Positions 31,023-33,408 of a stretch of 33,408 bases of DNA are shown here, piece after piece. Each line of letters starts with the position of its first letter. The stretch's first letter is position 1. A program made the translations under genes and the position numbers. The notes beneath the pieces were generated by a model, which made no database searches, was not told the DNA's origin, and saw nothing but the letters and a program-made list of their open reading frames with translations. The DNA is from Nanobdellota archaeon (lineage in GTDB: Archaea; Nanobdellota; Nanobdellia; Pacearchaeales; GW2011-AR1), in assembly GCA_018901675.1 (NCBI GenBank), contig JAHIEH010000067.1, positions 1 to 33,408 on the forward strand. Reading direction: 5' to 3'.

Positions 31023-32639
31023 ATGACTGATAAACCAATTGTTCTTTTTCCTGAAGATGTTCAAAGGCTTATGGGAAAAGATGCACAAAGGAATAATATT
31101 CTTGCTGCAAAAATGGTTGCAGATATTGTCAAAACAACTCTTGGACCTAAAGGGATGGATAAAATGCTTGTCTCACCTACTAATGATATTATCGTGACTA
31201 ATGACGGGGTTACAATCCTTGAGGAGATGCAGATAGAGCATCCTGCTGCAAAGATGATGGTGGATATTGCAAAAACTCAGGAAAGTGAAGTTGGTGATGG
31301 GACAACAACAGCAGTAATGATTGCAGGCAGATTGCTTGAAAATGCAGAGAAGCTTCTTGATAAAAAGATTCACCCAACAGTTATTACTAAAGGTTACCGG
31401 CTTGCTGCTGAGAAATCTCAGGAGATATTAAAGGAAATTGCAGTCAGGTTAAATACAGAAGATATAGATGTTTTAAGGCAGATTGCTATAACTGCAATGA
31501 CTGGAAAAGGCGCAGAAGACGCAAAAGAAAAATTTGCAGATATTGTTGTGAAAGCAATAAAACAAATCCAAACCAACGGAAAAATAGATTTAAATGACAT
31601 AAAAATAGAAAAATCAAAAGGGGATGGAATTGAAGACACTGAACTGATAGCAGGAATTGTTATTGACAAGGAAAAAGTTTCAGTGGATATGCCATGTATT
31701 ATTGAAAATGCGAAAATTGCATTGATAGACTTTCCATTAGAAATAAAAAATCCTGAGATAGACACAAAAATCTCCATTTCTACCCCGAGTCAGTTGCAGG
31801 GTTTTATTGACCAGGAAGAGAGGTCAATAAAAGAGCTTGTAGAAAAGGTGGCTATGTCAGGAGCAACAGTTATTTTTTGCCAGAAAGGAATTGATGATTT
31901 TGCGCAATATCTTCTTGCAAAGAAAAGAATTTATGCCTGCAGGAGAGTTGCTAAATCAGACATTGAAAAACTTGCAAAGGCGAGTGGCGGAAAAATTGTA
32001 AGCAATATTAATGAATTAAGTTCATTAGAGTTGGGGAATGCTATGACAGTAGAAGAAGTTAAGCACGGAGAAGACACAATGACTTATGTTAGGGGATGCA
32101 AAAATCCAAAAGCCCTGACAATTTTAATTCATGGTGGGACTGGGCATGTTATTGATGAAATTGAGAGGGCGATTAAAGACGGGCTTGGTGATGTGGCATC
32201 TGCTTTAAAATCAGGGGCAATAGTTCCTGGAGGCGGGGCAATAGAAATTGAATTAGCAAGAAGGCTTAGAGAGTATTCTCAGGGGCTTTCAGGCAGAGAA
32301 CAGCTTGCTGTGGAAGAATTTGCATCTGCTTTGGAGTATATTCCTGTAACTCTTGCAGAAAATGCAGGAATGGACCCTATAGATGTTCTTACTGAATTAA
32401 AAGCAAGGCATGATAGCGGAGAAAGAAATGCAGGGCTTAACTTATTCACAAATAGGATAGAAGATGTTCTGCTGGCGAAAATTATTGAGCCATTAAAGAT
32501 AAAGACTCAAGCAATAACTTCTGCGAGTGAGGTTGCTATAATGATTTTAAGGATTGATGATGTTATAGCTTCTTCTGGGGGAAAGAGCAGTAATCGAGGC
32601 GGAATGAGAGGAATGCCTTCGGGCATGGAAGAGTATTAA
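31023..32639 (+). CDS. ths: Thermosome subunit (group II chaperonin)
   Basis: Signature blocks [35 protein letters not shown] and IEPLKIK. The track start is TTG 31011 and the first ATG is at 31023. Confidence 0.95.
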   Translation: MTDKPIVLFPEDVQRLMGKDAQRNNILAAKMVADIVKTTLGPKGMDKMLVSPTNDIIVTNDGVTILEEMQIEHPAAKMMVDIAKTQESEVGDGTTTAVMIAGRLLENAEKLLDKKIHPTVITKGYRLAAEKSQEILKEIAVRLNTEDIDVLRQIAITAMTGKGAEDAKEKFADIVVKAIKQIQTNGKIDLNDIKIEKSKGDGIEDTELIAGIVIDKEKVSVDMPCIIENAKIALIDFPLEIKNPEIDTKISISTPSQLQGFIDQEERSIKELVEKVAMSGATVIFCQKGIDDFAQYLLAKKRIYACRRVAKSDIEKLAKASGGKIVSNINELSSLELGNAMTVEEVKHGEDTMTYVRGCKNPKALTILIHGGTGHVIDEIERAIKDGLGDVASALKSGAIVPGGGAIEIELARRLREYSQGLSGREQLAVEEFASALEYIPVTLAENAGMDPIDVLTELKARHDSGERNAGLNLFTNRIEDVLLAKIIEPLKIKTQAITSASEVAIMILRIDDVIASSGGKSSNRGGMRGMPSGMEEY

Positions 32640-32661
32640 ACCGCATATTTTTATAAAAAAC

Positions 32662-33408
32662 ATGGCAATAAAACTTAATGCAACACCAGAAGCATACAAA
32701 GAATTTTATGGCTCAAACGTAGAACAGATGCCAAAGCTTATAGCCGATGGTAGAGTTCCTATGAATGTTTCTCAATTAATGCAAAGAAGACTTGATGTTA
32801 GAAATTCTGATAAATCAATAAAGGGTTCTTATATGGATAATTATTTTGATACTGGCGATGCTGTTGTTTATCATCCTGATGGAAGAGTAAAGATTGTTTT
32901 TGACTCTCAAACTTTAAGAGAGATAACACCTGAAAGCCAGAGAAATAGTGGTGCTCTTGTCTTAACTGAAGACGCTTACAATGCTTTACAAGGAGAAGAA
33001 TTTAAGAAAGGAAAGCTTGGAAAGGTAAACGACGGTCTTTCAAGAGCAGATGTTAAAGCTCATCCTGTTTGGAAGGTTTTAGCAAGAGATCAAGCATTAC
33101 TTAATGATTATACAGATTTTATCTTTGGAGAATATCAACCAAGATTTGCTAAAGATTCAGCTTTTGATGATTTAAAACTTATGGGAATTTACCCAAGTTC
33201 TGCTCAAGGCAAAACACCAGAAATGAGGGCGTGGATTGTCGGCGGGCTCGTGGGCAGGTCGGGTGCTCGTGGCAGGTACGTCCTTGATGTTGACTATGGT
33301 CGTTTCGTCGGTATAGCGCCGGAGGCGCAGAGTTCTTTTGGTAATGGCACTTCAAATGTAAGAGCTTATACTATGGCAGATGTTCAAATAGCTAAGAAAC
33401 AAAGAGAT
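32662..33408 (+). CDS. Hypothetical protein, 5' partial (runs off the window end)
   Basis: Hand translation from ATG 32662 stays open for 249 codons to the window edge (MAIKLNATPEAYKEFYGSNVEQMPKLIADGRVP...). It is not in the ORF track, presumably because there is no stop. It contains a GC-rich codon-usage patch at 33227-33331. Confidence 0.55.
   Translation, partial: MAIKLNATPEAYKEFYGSNVEQMPKLIADGRVPMNVSQLMQRRLDVRNSDKSIKGSYMDNYFDTGDAVVYHPDGRVKIVFDSQTLREITPESQRNSGALVLTEDAYNALQGEEFKKGKLGKVNDGLSRADVKAHPVWKVLARDQALLNDYTDFIFGEYQPRFAKDSAFDDLKLMGIYPSSAQGKTPEMRAWIVGGLVGRSGARGRYVLDVDYGRFVGIAPEAQSSFGNGTSNVRAYTMADVQIAKKQRD

Overview
Visibly AT-rich archaeal sequence. The archaeal call rests on a group II chaperonin (thermosome), a tRNA-Tyr with a canonical bulge-helix-bulge intron, and TATA boxes 22-32 nt upstream of start codons plus GGAGG-type ribosome-binding sites. 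A small-genome, DPANN-like archaeon is my inference only. The right end (about 26.2-33.4 kb) looks like core genome: tRNA-Tyr, a surface or membrane protein, CTP synthase, a CBS-domain protein, a thermosome subunit and a partial ORF running off the window. The stretch between tRNA-Asp (209-280) and tRNA-Tyr (26206-26320) reads as an accessory, defence-type island with no integrase or transposase. It holds RadC, a single-chain type IIG restriction-modification enzyme, at least three RelE/ParE- or PIN-type toxin-antitoxin-like modules, an AAA+ (DUF4143-like) ATPase, a wHTH-nucleotidyltransferase, two Nudix hydrolases, a Bro-N protein and a membrane metzincin. Two tightly coupled operons match no named system I know. 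The first (16934-22152, plus a convergent methyltransferase to 23066) encodes a transglutaminase-like protein, an SPL/COG1533-like radical SAM enzyme, a TIM-barrel::methyltransferase fusion, a P-loop kinase, a Nudix hydrolase and an IucA/IucC-like ligase. The second (13979-16768) encodes a Cas4-like Fe-S PD-(D/E)XK nuclease, an unknown protein, a second restriction-endonuclease-like protein and a member of an uncharacterised family. That family has a paralog next to the nucleotidyltransferase gene. The island also carries non-coding structure that the genes do not explain: a roughly 40-nt junction element reused at the 3' ends of unrelated genes, G/A-rich G-quadruplex-type tracts with perfect 25-bp and 20-bp direct repeats bracketing a toxin-antitoxin module, an 18-bp inverted repeat in front of two tiny acidic ORFs, a 31-bp tandem duplication, and a 15-nt duplication of the tRNA-Tyr 5' end. 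All protein family calls are motif recognition by eye; no database search was run.
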